DNA of 64,000 nucleotides, taken from an uncultured virus (IMG/VR IMGVR_UViG_3300020045_010788). Its lineage: Duplodnaviria > Heunggongvirae > Uroviricota > Caudoviricetes. Under the pieces are notes generated by a model. The model was given only the letters and a program-made list of their open reading frames with translations, had not been told where the DNA came from and ran no database searches. A program made the position numbers and the translations under genes. Numbering within the stretch: position 1 is the first letter of the stretch; the number at the start of each line of letters is the position of its first letter. The DNA lies in IMG/VR virus record IMGVR_UViG_3300020045_010788; one strand, 5' to 3'. Positions 37,567 through 50,500 of the stretch are shown one piece after another.

Positions 37567-38244
37567 AAATAACGAGTGGGTGTTTTTGCAGAGTTGAAAA
37601 ACCAACTAAACCCCCTATAGTTAATTAAAAATGTTGGTATCGCCAACAATTTACATATTATTATCGTAATTATCAGTGGGTTAAATGTCCACCAAGTTAG
37701 TGTAGATTAGAGTTAGTTGATATTATTGAGATTCTTAATGTACGGTAAATTGATTTAGATTCAATATATAGTATTTAATAGGATTTCGTAATGTCTATTA
37801 AATTAGTGTACATTAAATAAAAAAAAGACCACCTTTCGATGATCTTGTACCTACCAATCCAATGATTAGGCTTAAAGAACGTTTATTTATGAAATGTTAG
37901 CAGTCTTATTTAGAAAATATTTCCTGATCTTGGTAATATTATATACCTTCTGTTTCCGCCTCCAGTTTTTCAACTCTTTTCACATTTTACTTATAATATT
38001 CACAATTTCCACAATTTGAATCGTTGCACCTCATTATACACCTGGTTATATGTTCGGGCCTTTGACAGAACCTTACTTCTTTAGGCTCTATCGGGTAATA
38101 GCTATTATCTACATTTATCAAGCCGCCTGTTATATATTTCCTTTTCATTTGCTTACTAACTTATAACGTTTGCCTTCATGGGTTTTGATTCGTTTTCTTT
38201 TAAAGGTCTTTTCAATCTGCTTTTCTTTGGTTTCTTCTGGCATC

Positions 38245-38532
38245 TTAATTGTTTGCATAATATGTAGCCCCTATGGCTATTAGTATTTGTTCAACATTTG
38301 TCACTGTCTTTACTTGTCCTTTCCATTGACGATGAAAAAGCTTTTCTTTGAATGTTAATTGCGATTTTTCAGTTTGCTTTATTTCGAATAAAAAGTTTTG
38401 ATTCTTGTATCCTACTATTATATCACAAAAGCCCTTCAGTTGCGCTACACTTCTTACGGATATTCCTGGGATGCTTCGCAGTTGAGTTACAATTTCTGCC
38501 TGGTTACTGTCTATCTTTGCGGCTCTTATCAT
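38245..38532 (-). CDS. PD-(D/E)XK nuclease, resolvase/VRR-NUC-like
   Basis: RAAKIDSNQAEIV..LR..GFCDIIVGY...FLFEIK..LT..E..F...WKG. Confidence 0.7.
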   Translation of the reverse strand: MIRAAKIDSNQAEIVTQLRSIPGISVRSVAQLKGFCDIIVGYKNQNFLFEIKQTEKSQLTFKEKLFHRQWKGQVKTVTNVEQILIAIGATYYANN

Positions 38533-38768
38533 ACAATTTCAATATTTTCAGTGCTTAAGCCAAATTTGGTTGCAATATTTTCCTTTATTAATACTATTGC
38601 CTGATTACCTTCTATCCAACCTTCATTAATTAGCTGAATTTCGGTTGCACTTGAATAATATGCATCATAATTATTGGGTTCTGATAGATGGTATATACTA
38701 CCCGATATGCCGAGTACCTTAATACTGTCCTCTCCATTAACTAATATTGTGCCTTCCTTTAGATTCAT
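38529..38768 (-). CDS. hypothetical protein, paralog of the C-terminal half of 31556-32035
   Basis: KEG..V....KVLG.SG..Y.LS and IATKFGLSTENIEI are shared patterns. Confidence 0.55.
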   Translation of the reverse strand: MNLKEGTILVNGEDSIKVLGISGSIYHLSEPNNYDAYYSSATEIQLINEGWIEGNQAIVLIKENIATKFGLSTENIEIV

Positions 38769-39502
38769 CCTTTATTATAATTACACGTCTTTCCGTGATG
38801 CCAGTCATTATGCGAATTATAGCTTATTTCATTACGACCGAACTAAATATAACTGGGATGCTTTTATACACCTTATTCCAGCTTCGCATACTCAATATTC
38901 CTGACAAAGAACATTTTAAAACTCGATCTGAAATATGATAGTTACTTTTGCCTCCGTAACTAGACCAAAAGTACATTTTTTTATTGATTTATGCAAGTAT
39001 TTTTTAGCTAAAATGTCTATTTAATTAACTGTTTTGCAAGCCATTCGTCAAAACTTTTATTGAATAAAATAGGATCGTGTCTTTTCGCCCAATCTCCATA
39101 TTTTATAACCTTTTTAGTCCTAATTTGAGTTTTATAGTCAAAAATTATGTAAAAATGAGGTGATTTTATGCTATTTAAGTACTTAATATACTGTTTTTCA
39201 TAATGTTGTCTATTTTCAGATATTTAACTAATTATATATTAAATACTTAATAATAACTGCTTAGATGTTAGATTCAGAGCTTTGGAGGTGTGAAAAAACA
39301 AATCCCCCTTACCCCCTTAACTTTTTTGTTAAAGAGATAAGGGTATAGTTATATTCTACCTGCTTGAGTGCTGAGTTCATCATTCCGTTTTGGCTGAAAG
39401 CAGGTAACAAATCCTTAAAAGCCCTTACTTTCATTTAAGTGAATTAGCTTATGATTGATTCTCATTCTTCGTATAGATTGGCTGTAAGCCCGAAACCTAG
39501 AA

Positions 39503-39605
39503 ACAAAAAACCCGGAAAGGTAAGGACTTTACGGGCAATTTGCGGTTTTTAGGCCGAAAGGATGTGAATCCTTATATTGTCTGCTCATCCTTACTGAGCT
39601 ATTTA
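39503..39605 (-). ncRNA. putative small RNA / attenuated leader with kissing loops
   Basis: Follows TACATTTG (39616-23, minus); 7-nt hairpin loops GTAAGGA and TCCTTAC are exact complements; last hairpin is followed by a U-tract. Confidence 0.55.
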
Positions 39606-39615
39606 TTTTCTGCAA

Positions 39616-39783
39616 CAAATGTAATACATTTTTCAATATCCTAACAATCATAAGCATACTTTTTGACGAATGAGTTAAAATATCTTTAACTGGTGATTTG
39701 GATCACCGATTATTGGTGATTAATTTCACCTAATATCGGTGACGATAGTCATTGCTTTTCAGTAGTAATCAATAGTATCTTTG
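39616..39783. promoter_or_regulatory. divergent promoters with three operator palindromes
   Basis: TACATTTG (minus, 39616-23) and TATCTTTG (plus, 39776-83); GGTGA-N6-TCACC at 39692 and 39715, imperfect copy at 39738; 23-bp period. Confidence 0.7.
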
Positions 39784-41590
39784 CTTCGTAACAAACAATT
39801 AAAACTTTGCAAAATGGAAACAATAGAAACATCAGAAGGCAGCGTAACCTTTAGGGCTAATTTTTACATTGTTATAGGTAATAACGGAAATCATAGAGGC
39901 CACAATAGAATATGGGAAGTTTGCTCATATGGTTATGAAATGAAAATTGCTGCCATAAACAAACTTCGTCAATATATAGCAGAAGACGGCGACATGAAAT
40001 ATGGCTTAAAACCTGGAGTTGTCGTTTCGCCTAAAGAATTAGCTGAAATGATTAATTCAGAAGAGCAAGTTATTTTCAGAAATTGTCACGATATTTCATA
40101 AAAAAATAATTTTAATAAACAGAAATAATGAAAGCAAATACCCTTAAACAAGTATTCCCGGTTACATTATTAACCGCCCGTGAACTAAATGTTATTAATG
40201 ATGAGAAAGCAACCGTTTACCCTTCTGTTTATACTTCTGGCGTTTATGTTTGTGAATCCGCCGCTGATTGCTTTCTATTTGCCTACAACAAACCAGGTGT
40301 TGATAATTACACTATAATAAAGTAACACAGTACTGGCTGATTCCAGTAATAAGTAAATCATTTGAGCAAATGAAAACTTACCAATTCAGAGCAAGAAACC
40401 TAAGAGGTTGCAACTGCACGATCACAGTACAAGAAATTTCCGATAGTTTAGCCCGTAAGCTGGCCGAACGCAAAGCAAAACACCTTTCTTTAATACTCAT
40501 CTAATTTCGGGTTCAAAGTCCCTTATTGCGATGACTGGCTTTAGAGCCAGTAAACAAACAAATTAGAATATGAAAACACAAACACAAATAAGGGCTTCTT
40601 TTTGGAATGCATTTCCAGAATTTAAGAAAGAATACAAAAGAGCCGATGTAAAGCAATTTGGAGGCATGGCCCCAACCTTAAAACGTTATGTTGAAAAAAG
40701 GCAAAACGACTATTGCACTGATATTAGATGCGCATTTTGCGACTATGTAGATAGCCTATGCAAGAATGGCGTAATAACTCAGGAATTAGCAGAGAGTGTA
40801 ACCCTTTAACTATTTCAAAGAACTACGCGAATTTAATAAATAATTCATTAATAAACAACAATTTAATACTTGAAATCATGGAACGAATTACAAACAAAAT
40901 GATTGAATGTAAATTTAGCATTCTATCAAAGTTAAGCGATTTAGAAAAAACCGAAAATTGTAAAAGATACTTAGCTATTGATTACGCGCCTATATATGGC
41001 GGTCGCCGCTTAGTTATGGTTAATTCTGATAATGGCGGACATGGCGGGGCATTTGGTCAAAGTTCGTGCTGCGCTCGAATGAAGCCATCTGAATTCTATA
41101 TGTACATCTGTGGCCTAATAGAAGGAATTGAATTTAATTCTATAAAAAATGGAAACTAAATATTATTACGATTTTCCGCTAAAAGTACGCGGCCAGCTTA
41201 GAAAGTGGCTTAAAAAAAACTCCCCATATCCAATCAGGGATGTATGTAACCAAGTATATGGGTTTTATATTGAAAAACTAACGTTAAATACGTTCAAATT
41301 ACACGGACTAACTTATAAATTATAGTTATGGAACAGATAATAGGAAAACAACCAATTGATATTTTTTCAATGATTGACACAAACGAAAAGAAAAGGAGTG
41401 AATTATTAAATAAAACATGCCAAACCATGAAAGCGCTTAAAAACGAGGGTAAAACGCCTCAAGAAATTGAATTTTTAATTAAAAAAATAAACCTGCCATT
41501 AGATATGCATCTTTGTGTATTCGGACACTTTACTGAAATATGCAAATATGGCCGCTTGTTAACAAAAAATGAACGAAAGGTATTATCATA

Positions 41591-41642
41591 GCTTAACTGA
41601 TGATCGGTAAATCCGTGAAACGCTCGAAAGAGCGTATTAAGC
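41591..41642 (+). ncRNA. type I hammerhead ribozyme
   Basis: Stem I GCTTAA/TTAAGC, core CTGATGA, stem II CGG-TAAAT-CCG, GAAA, stem III CGCTC-GAAA-GAGCG, cleavage triplet GTA. Confidence 0.8.
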
Positions 41643-42340
41643 AAAACTAAAAAATAGAAATTATGAAAGCTCCACTAATGTACAAAGGTTGGCTAATTAT
41701 TAACAAAGAAAATTATTTAGCCATTACAAACCCAGCCGGTCAATTAGATGTTAATATCCAATTTAAAAGCTGGAAAGAAGCAAAAGAATTTATTGACATC
41801 TTAAAATAGAAACAATGAAAACCGCAATTTTAGAACTCAACAACCCGGAACATATAAAAAGCAAATATGTTAAATTGTTTATTTCTGAATATGTAGGCAA
41901 AGGGTATAAAAGTACTGATATAACAATAAAACTAAATTTTTTATGTGATCGTCCTGACATTCTTTTCGGCCAATTTCAAGTAATGAAAAATAAGGAATTT
42001 TTTAAAAAGTATAATATTACTAATCTATCAAACAAATGAAAACATTAACACACAAAGAAAAAGTAAACGTCCTATTTGATTACATTTCAGAAATGCAGTC
42101 AAATAGCGAACTAATACACATTAATAATTTAAAGTTATTTGCGATGCTCATTGAAAACGAAACGAGCAACGCGCATTTTCTTTACTTTGAAAATGATACC
42201 GTAATTGATATGCCTATCTTAGTCAACTGCCCTGAATACATCTTAGATTACTTTAACGGGTATATTTTAAAAAACCATTACAGCGTATTGCACGTTGGTG
42301 GCTTAGATAAGATTGTTTAACTTTTAAATCATTGAGCAAA

Positions 42341-42970
42341 ATGGAACTAAAGAAAATTGAATACTCACAAAAAGCTCTGGCCGTTATTGGTCAGACTTTT
42401 GAAATTAAAGACGAACTATCAGCAATGAACGGGCGCTTTAATCGTTTCCTAACTTGTGGCCCTGGTTGGATATTTCCAAAAACAAAAGAGGCCGAAATTG
42501 ACAAGCTAATACATAAATATACCATAAAGGTAGTTTGTGAGGGTAATATAGCCAAGCCAGTAAAAAAACGTAATTATAACCTTCTGGGCGTACCTAAAGA
42601 GGCCGTTAAATTACTTAGCAACCAACCGGGATGTTTAGAAGAGGCCGTTATTCATTTCTTTTTAAACGGCGGGCGGGTCAAAACAGCTCAATTACAAAAA
42701 GAGTTGGGCTACAAGTCATACAAAGATTTAAAGACTTATTTCGGCATGTACAGCGCTGAGGGCGTAAGCATGGATTTGTTATACGAACAGCCAGAATTTG
42801 ACGGCGTACGATACACTAACCAAATTGGCAGGGACTTTATTGATTCAATTATAGAAGTACTTATTCATTATCCCACTAAAAGGATTATGGCAGATAGGTT
42901 AATTAAACTTAGCCAAACTGAAGACATTTGGGCTTATTCTCAATCAATGGAAACCGAAAACGTATTTTGA
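42341..42970 (+). CDS. early protein with a YSxKxxAVxG..GRFN..GWIF domain
   Basis: YSQKALAVIGQTFEIKDELSAMNGRFNRFLTCGPGWIFPK, a module I recognise from mobile-element and viral proteins; function unknown. Confidence 0.55.
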   Translation: MELKKIEYSQKALAVIGQTFEIKDELSAMNGRFNRFLTCGPGWIFPKTKEAEIDKLIHKYTIKVVCEGNIAKPVKKRNYNLLGVPKEAVKLLSNQPGCLEEAVIHFFLNGGRVKTAQLQKELGYKSYKDLKTYFGMYSAEGVSMDLLYEQPEFDGVRYTNQIGRDFIDSIIEVLIHYPTKRIMADRLIKLSQTEDIWAYSQSMETENVF

Positions 42971-44143
42971 TATGAGAACAGAAAAAGAAGTTTTACAGGA
43001 AATCGCCCGGATAAAATCCGAATTGGGGAAACATAAAAACAGCTTAGCTGAAAAAATAAACGGTCAAACAAATTTATTTGAATCAAGCCAAGTTGAATAT
43101 AGTTTGTTTAATGTCTCAATTGATCCAGGCAAGGAAAACATAACACGTATTCTTTCAGCTTACCATAACAATATGCAAAGGTTAAGCAATGAGTTAAATC
43201 TCATCAGAACCCAACGCCCACTACCCGAACAAATTAAATTATTCTAATACATTGTATCATGAAGACAAAAACAGTGATTGAATTAGAAAAGATGCTTTAT
43301 GTTGATTACGTAGGGACATTTAAAGCATATTTTGACGGAGAAAATTATTATAATTGCGTGGGCGTTTTATTGCCTACTCCCGATCAATTTGATTTGGAAA
43401 ACAGTTATTTATCATTAATGGGAGAATGAAAACATCGTTGATTTACGAGAAGTACGAGAAAATATACGCATATTTCTGTGAACAGAACTACCATGAGGCG
43501 ATTAATATATTCAAATATTTGCCTAAACAACAGAAGAAGAAATTTATTACTGACTTTCTATTAGACAAACATAAAGACGATATTAACTTTTTCAAGTTTA
43601 TAGAAGCCAGTAATTATTTCATACGAATGCTATAATAATCAAACAAGTTGAGCAAAATTTTAAAATATGAAAGTAAAAAACATCTTGTATATGAAGTCCA
43701 TAAAACTTCAGTCAGGTCGAGTTATTGACGACTCATTTGACCTTAATCGGATGATCCCCTCTAGTTCATGTGAAACTCTATTATTTGCAAACTATAAAAA
43801 GAACGATATTATATTAAAATACAGTTGGCTAGAATTTGAAGGATTAGGGGTATTTACCCGCGAATTATTCACCATTAATATAAACTAATATGAAAACTAT
43901 TTCGTTGCCTATTTGGCTTTATTCTGCAACAATTTTAATCTGTTTCTCCGGGGGGATTATATTTACCCAGCTCCTAATTAGTAAGACTGGATTTATTAGA
44001 CCTCATGTGCCTAAGTATAAAAGCATGCTTGAGATTAACTACTTTGATAACGGAGAGCATCGCAACACATTTATAGTTTGCGATTCAATCCCATTTAATT
44101 GGGCAAGGTTACACGGATACGAATAGGGGAAATTTAAAAAGTG

Positions 44144-44172
44144 AAGCCGAACAAACAAGTTCGGCTTTTTTA
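44144..44172 (+). terminator. terminator between the convergent early and late units
   Basis: AAGCCGAAC-AAACAA-GTTCGGCTT followed by a T run. Confidence 0.75.
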
Positions 44173-44174
44173 TT

Positions 44175-44504
44175 TTAGAATCCCTTAGCTAACACTGATC
44201 CAGAGGCTATGTTGATATAGCTAATTGCAAAGTTTGAAGGTGGGACATATTCTATTGTAGCAGCTAATGTACTCCCGGCTAAATCAACTCGTTCTACATT
44301 TTCACCTCCGCCGCTTGCTGGTGCAACATAGCACTTTGTTATAACGGCCGCTTGGTTTACCTCAAAACTGCTCCATAATCCTGCTACCGCAGTTGGCCCT
44401 ACTACTAAGGTTGTCTCCCGTGTGTCGTGGATTGAAACAGGAACATAATAGGCTTGGCCATTTTGTTCTGCTGGGGTTTGGGCTATGAGCATTTGTTTTA
44501 ACAT
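44175..44504 (-). CDS. small putative virion protein
   Basis: 109 aa, A/V/T-rich; own TACATTTG promoter element near 44521-28. Confidence 0.5.
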   Translation of the reverse strand: MLKQMLIAQTPAEQNGQAYYVPVSIHDTRETTLVVGPTAVAGLWSSFEVNQAAVITKCYVAPASGGGENVERVDLAGSTLAATIEYVPPSNFAISYINIASGSVLAKGF

Positions 44505-44529
44505 AGTTGTATATTTTTAGCAAATGTAA

Positions 44530-47500
44530 TTATTTTTTCATTGCATTTCTTAATGCTTCTTTACGTTGCGATTCGACTTTTTTACGCTCTTTTTCTGCAT
44601 CGTAATATTTTCCTGCGCCAGGCACTTTAACCTTAATATCCATCTGACTACCGTATTTTGTACTCATGGCTTTTAAGAATTTAGCCCTCATCTTAGTATT
44701 AATCATTGAGACATCAGCATCGGATACTCCAGCAATGGCTAAAGCATCTATCATGAATATCATAGTAGCTAGGTTGTGCTCATTATCGGTTAAGTATGCT
44801 GGCTCAATTTTAGCCGGCCTATATTGAGTCCCCTTTGTATATTTATCCGTTTTACCATCTAAGAATGGAGTTATTTGTGGAATGTCAGTTAGCAGTTTCT
44901 TTGGTAAAACTCCGTAAATACCATATTCCCCAAAGGTAGATTGTTCTTTGTTTTTTGGATTATACTGAAAAATTAATTGGGGTTTATTCTTTTCATAATC
45001 AGCTTGGGGACTTACAGTTTGAGAAACTAATGCATAAGCCGTATTTAATCCTTTTACAGCTATGTAGTTTGGTAGTGTCCCTATGCCTCCAAAGAATATA
45101 TCATTTGCCGTATTCCCAGCAAAAGTCTTTAGTTTATTTACGCTATTTTTATCCGGCTGATCTATTCCAAATGCACTCATTATAGCCCCGGCACCAGCGG
45201 TAGTGGCGGATGAGATTAGATAAACCTTCAATGCATTAAAGGCCGTTTGCTCAAGTGCTGTTGAGACTAAGGACTTTACCGCTTCATTCTTATTCCCTCC
45301 GTATAATATCTTCTTGGCATCAAGGGTCATTTTCATACGCGCATTTAACGCAAATGAACTAAAGGGCATTGTAACATTCCTTACAACTGCGCCCCAACCC
45401 GATCCATTGCTTTTATACCAATTTGGCATAGAGCTTGGATCATTTGCATTCTGATTTCTTGCAACCATCTGTTCGGCATAAGAGGCAGCTTCTTCATTAG
45501 GATTTAAATGTTCGTTTTTCCAGTCTATGTCAATAGATTTACCCTGTCTTTGTAAATCTTTCATATAATACGATAGCCATGAAGTCCTAGCTACAGAAAC
45601 ATCTGAATTAACGAGCGATTTAAAGAGGGACTCAGAAACCTTGTCGCTTATTTTTTTAGCATGGGAAATGACCTTATTTAGATCGTTTCCAAATTGCGCT
45701 TTATCTATTGACTCAATATTTAAATCTCTTTCATATCCGGCCTTTGTTGATCCACGCTGAGATATATTATAAAGATCAAACAATTTTAAGTTATTTGGAA
45801 CCCGTAATGCAGTAAAGAAAAGGCCTGCATCAGAGCCTAAATTACCGATTGTATTTATGGCAACTGATGGGTATTGCTTTAGTAACTGAGAACCGGAGGC
45901 TAGCCCCAATCTCATCCCTTTAGCTTGAACTAAGTTTGCGGTATTTAAAACTAATTTTTCAAATCGGCCTAATGGGATTGATTGTCCTCTCTGTGAGTTT
46001 ATGGAACTTTTTATAGTTTCAGTTAAAATATTCTTGTTTTGACTTCCCCCTAATATTTCATCAGCCTTAGCGTTTTTTATAAATTCCCTAAATAAATTAA
46101 TGCTAGGAGAAACCTCTATGTCATAGTTAGTTTTAGCATAACTGTCTATTTGGACTCTATCATAATCCAAATCTAAAACCCTATCGGATCGTAAAGTCTT
46201 TGCTGCTGTCCTACTTATTTTTGACTTTGCCTCTTTGGTTGTTACTCCGGTTCCAAAATAATTGTCTTTAAATAAATCTTCTACTTGCTCTAAATCTTGT
46301 TTCCCGGCAAATGATTTTAATTTAGTCGCGGAGTAATTTTGGACTTCCTCGAATGGCTTATTGTTATCAATCTCAGTACTCTCCCTGACCAAATCCAATC
46401 TTTCAGCATGCTTGTCTCTAAAAAAATCAATTAGTTTCTGATTATCCAGAGACACTTTTGACCTTACTTCTGCCTCATTATTAGACTCCCGAAGTATTTT
46501 ATTATAAACTTCAAGAATGACCTTTCCTTCTTTTTGCTCATTTTCAACATCAGATGCAGATAGCCTATTACCAGATTCTTCAATCCATCCTTTAACTCGA
46601 TCAAACTCGGCCTTTATTTCTTCCGAGGTTCCACCTTTATTTTGGCCGATCCGATCAAGTATACCGCGAGTTATTCTGTTTTCAGGGCTATCAATATCCT
46701 TACTCAATGATTTTTTAACATTATTGTAATCATCTATAAGTTTAGACTGCAAATTTTTCGACCTTGCGTTTCCGTTAAAAATATCATCTATCCCAATAAA
46801 TCTCTTAAGTTCTGCCGCTAACTTAGAATCCTTTGTGATATTTTCAATCATTATATCCTTACTAGTTAGGCCTTCAACGAAAATATTATTGATCCCCCCT
46901 AAGTTTTTTATACCAATATTTTTAGCAACATTATCGTATTGACTTAAATTATCCTGGAGCTTCCCTATGATAGAAACTCTACCCGCACCACTAAAATCGT
47001 TATTCGCCTGTATGTTATCAATAATATCATTAAGCATAGTTAACTGCTTTAATGATAAATCTACTGTATTAATCTTTTTTAAATCAGCTAGAGTATGATT
47101 TTCTTTAGGGGTTAATCCTTCGGTATCATACGAATCTAAATCAAACATTTTATACTTGACGAACTCTTTTAGGTAGTCTTCTTTCTGTTTATTTTCATCC
47201 TTGGTCAAGCTTAATTCAAATTCATCAAATGTTTCATCTGATTTTGTAGCTGAAATAATATCCTGCATGTCTTTCAAGGACATTTTTTCTGGATCAATTA
47301 ATCCCTGATCTACTAAATCAGCATAATCCTCAACAAGTTCCTTCTTCTTTGTTTCCTCAATTTCAGCGCGCGCTTTATCTATAAAGTTATTTACTTCATC
47401 ATTAGTTATTGCTGCACTTTCTTTACTTGGTTGTAATTTACCGGAAACTGATTCTACTTTTACCGACTTTTGATTTTGTGCTAATTTATTAGCTATGTCC

Positions 47501-50500
47501 AAATATTCAGTTGGATTATTTAATGAGAATGGATTAATCTTTAGAAATTCCTTAACGGTTTGTAAATTGTTTTGCGGAATTCTTTCTTTTGCAGCCTTGG
47601 ATTTAATAGACTTCTTTAACTTAGACTGAATCTCTCCAATGTCCTTTAACTGGACAACCTTATCCGCATATTCTAAAAACCGATTAAAGGTTGTTTCACT
47701 TTTAACCTTACGTGCATAATTGACAATACGATTAACTTGACCTTTAGTTAATTTACCACCTAAATTACGGTCAGCGAGGGATTCTTTTATCTTCTTAGTA
47801 AAAACATCAGGCATAGATATGGATGCCCTAAATTCATTAGCTTTAGCCGCAAATAAACTTGGCCTATTATTAGATGGAATGTCTTCACCCTGAATTACTT
47901 CTGTTGATTCTGTTGGAGGTTTTGCTCCGACTCCGTCCTCTCGTTTATTATTTGGCGCTTTACTATCATTTCTGCTATCTCTTGTATCTGATCCTCGGTT
48001 AGTTTCATCATATTCTTTAGTTTTTTGTATTATTTCACTTCTTTCTTCTATGGTTAAATTTGGAAGTTGGTCGTATTTATCATAGTTCTCTGAATTAATA
48101 ACATCTGATACAAATGATTTAATATCACTTACTCTTTTCCCTACAATATCAGAACTAAAATCAATCCATTCTTTAGGAACAATGCCTTTGTCATAGTAGT
48201 CCCTAATATCATTGGTTATTTGTTCTGCACTTGTGCCTTCCTTATATTCAGCATATATTTTTCTTGGTATGTCTATTTTAATTTTCTGGCCTTTAACTAA
48301 TGAGATATATTCACCCATAGTCCCTAATTGTGATTCCGTTGGCCGGACGACCATCTCGAAAGCTCCAGATTCAGGAGCCATCCTAATACCTCCTGAATCA
48401 AGGAAAGTTCTGATCCATTTAGAATTATTGGGCTTCCCGGGCTCAAACAGTTGAGATAATTCTTCATGCATTAACTCCCTTCCTCCACGACCACCATAGC
48501 TAAAGTCTAATATGTCACCTTCTGGCATTATTACGCCAGATTTTAAAAAATCAATTCCAGTGTATTTATCTTCTACATTCCTTTTAATAGGAGGGAACAT
48601 TTTCCTAGCCGCCTCGTGTAGTAAAGGTACATCAACATTGGATGTTTCTGCAACTTTTTGGTCAACTATTCCTGCGCCTTCGTGTAAGATATTGCCACCG
48701 CTTGCTTCATCGCCTGTTCCTTGTTTTTCGGGCGCGAGTGTCCTATTTTCCCCGACTTGTGATACGCCTCCATCAATTCCTTTATATTCCGGGATAAATT
48801 CTTCTTTCCTTTGAGTAATGGCATTTTTTGCCTCCTTTTCTTTATATTCTTGGATCTTATACTTAAATTTACTTATTGTTGAATTCTGGTCTGAAGTTCT
48901 ATTTTCTAATGGCACATCTAAGGCGTTATTCAATTCCTCGAAACTGAATTTTTTATCAGCCATTAAATCTGATTGAATTTCAGACACAATTTTAGGCCGC
49001 ATGTTAGCAACTTCATCACGCCATTTTCTTTCGTCAATTTTCTTAATAGTTAATATTGCGTTATTTCTAGCATCTTCTGGCGATGAATATTCAGTTCTAT
49101 CTAATAAAATCCCTTCCTTATTCTTTATTTCTATAGTATTTTCATTAATTAGAGATATGCCATCTGCCAATAAATCACCCTCCATCTTTATCCCATGTGA
49201 GGTATAAAGTAATTTAGCTTTAGTTAAAGCAGGAATATTCTCGTTTTTTAATATGGTTGGCAAAGCCCCTATGTTTTGCCCTAACTTTACAGCAGATTCA
49301 TTGGATTCAACACCCAATATCTTTAAATCATCATTAGAGAAATCAACTTTAAATTCACCATTACCGGCCTTTTCTGGTTTAAAATTGAATGATTTAACTA
49401 AATTTTTAGTGCTTTGCTTTAATCCTATCGAACCTGCGCCCCATATCATCATAGCACCTGCGACAAAATCCTGTGAACTTACATCCTTTATATCCTGACC
49501 ATCTAAAATTTTACCTTCGTAAATAAACGCTGCATTTTCGGCAGCTAAAGCGGTTGGCCTTAATGCTAATTGAGTTGCGATACGTCCAGCATCGCTTTCT
49601 ATTGCTCTAGCGGCATCACTAACAAATTTAAACCCGGTACTTATTCCGCCAACCGTTAAACCTAAAGCGAAATCTTTCCCAAATCTATTAAGTGATTGAC
49701 CGTAATCCCAATCAGAAAAGGAAACTTCTGGATTAGCTAATTGGGTCATAGCGTCCTTCGTGAATCCAAACGTCCCTAATGTCGCTCCGGTTTGCAACGC
49801 TCCTGACACGTATTTACCAGCAGCCTTTTTCATCCCCGATGCAACGAGTTCTTTAGCTAACTCTTTTTCCACACCTTTTTCTACATAAGACTTAACGGCT
49901 AATTTACCCATTTGCCTAACTGCGGCAGCTCCAACTCCTCCACTAGCAATAAATAATGGGGTATCCATTAATAATCCGATAGTAGATGCGGTTGCATCCT
50001 CTATCCAGCTTGGACTATATTTAGCTAATATCTCTGGATCTATCCTATATTGACGATTAAGCATAGCATCAGCTAGACCTATGGTAGATTCATTATATCC
50101 TTTCCCTACCATGTATTCTAACGCGCCAACATAAGAGTTGTCTTCAACTTCAAGAATATTTTCAGTTATACCTTCTTTGGGTATATCAACAGCTTTAGAT
50201 ACGCCTTCCTTCGCAAATCCTTCTTTACCTGTTAATACTCCTGTCTTTGATGCAGTTTCTCTTGCCTTTTCTTCATCCCTTGCTTGCTGTTGGAATTCTT
50301 TTGTTTTTAATACGGAGTAATCAATTGCAGCCTCAAATTCTTCGGCTGTTTTATCGGGATTATTTATGATTGAACTGTACTGGTTATCATCTGATATGAC
50401 TAATTTTTCTTTTGGGATAGTAAGGTCGAGAGCAGCCAATTTTTCAGGTGCATTCATAAATCTTTCAGGCGTAGCAGCCTTTACTACACTAAAGTCTTTA

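Larger units (their letters stand above)
39814..44126 (+). other. early-gene cluster of about 17 small co-oriented hypothetical ORFs
   Basis: ORFs 39814-40101, 40128-40325, 40570-40809, 40878-41159, 41328-41591, 41663-41809, 41815-42039, 42036-42320, 42341-42970, 42972-43247, 43259-43429, 43426-43635, 43667-43888, 43890-44126; A-rich leaders and MKT starts. Confidence 0.7.
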
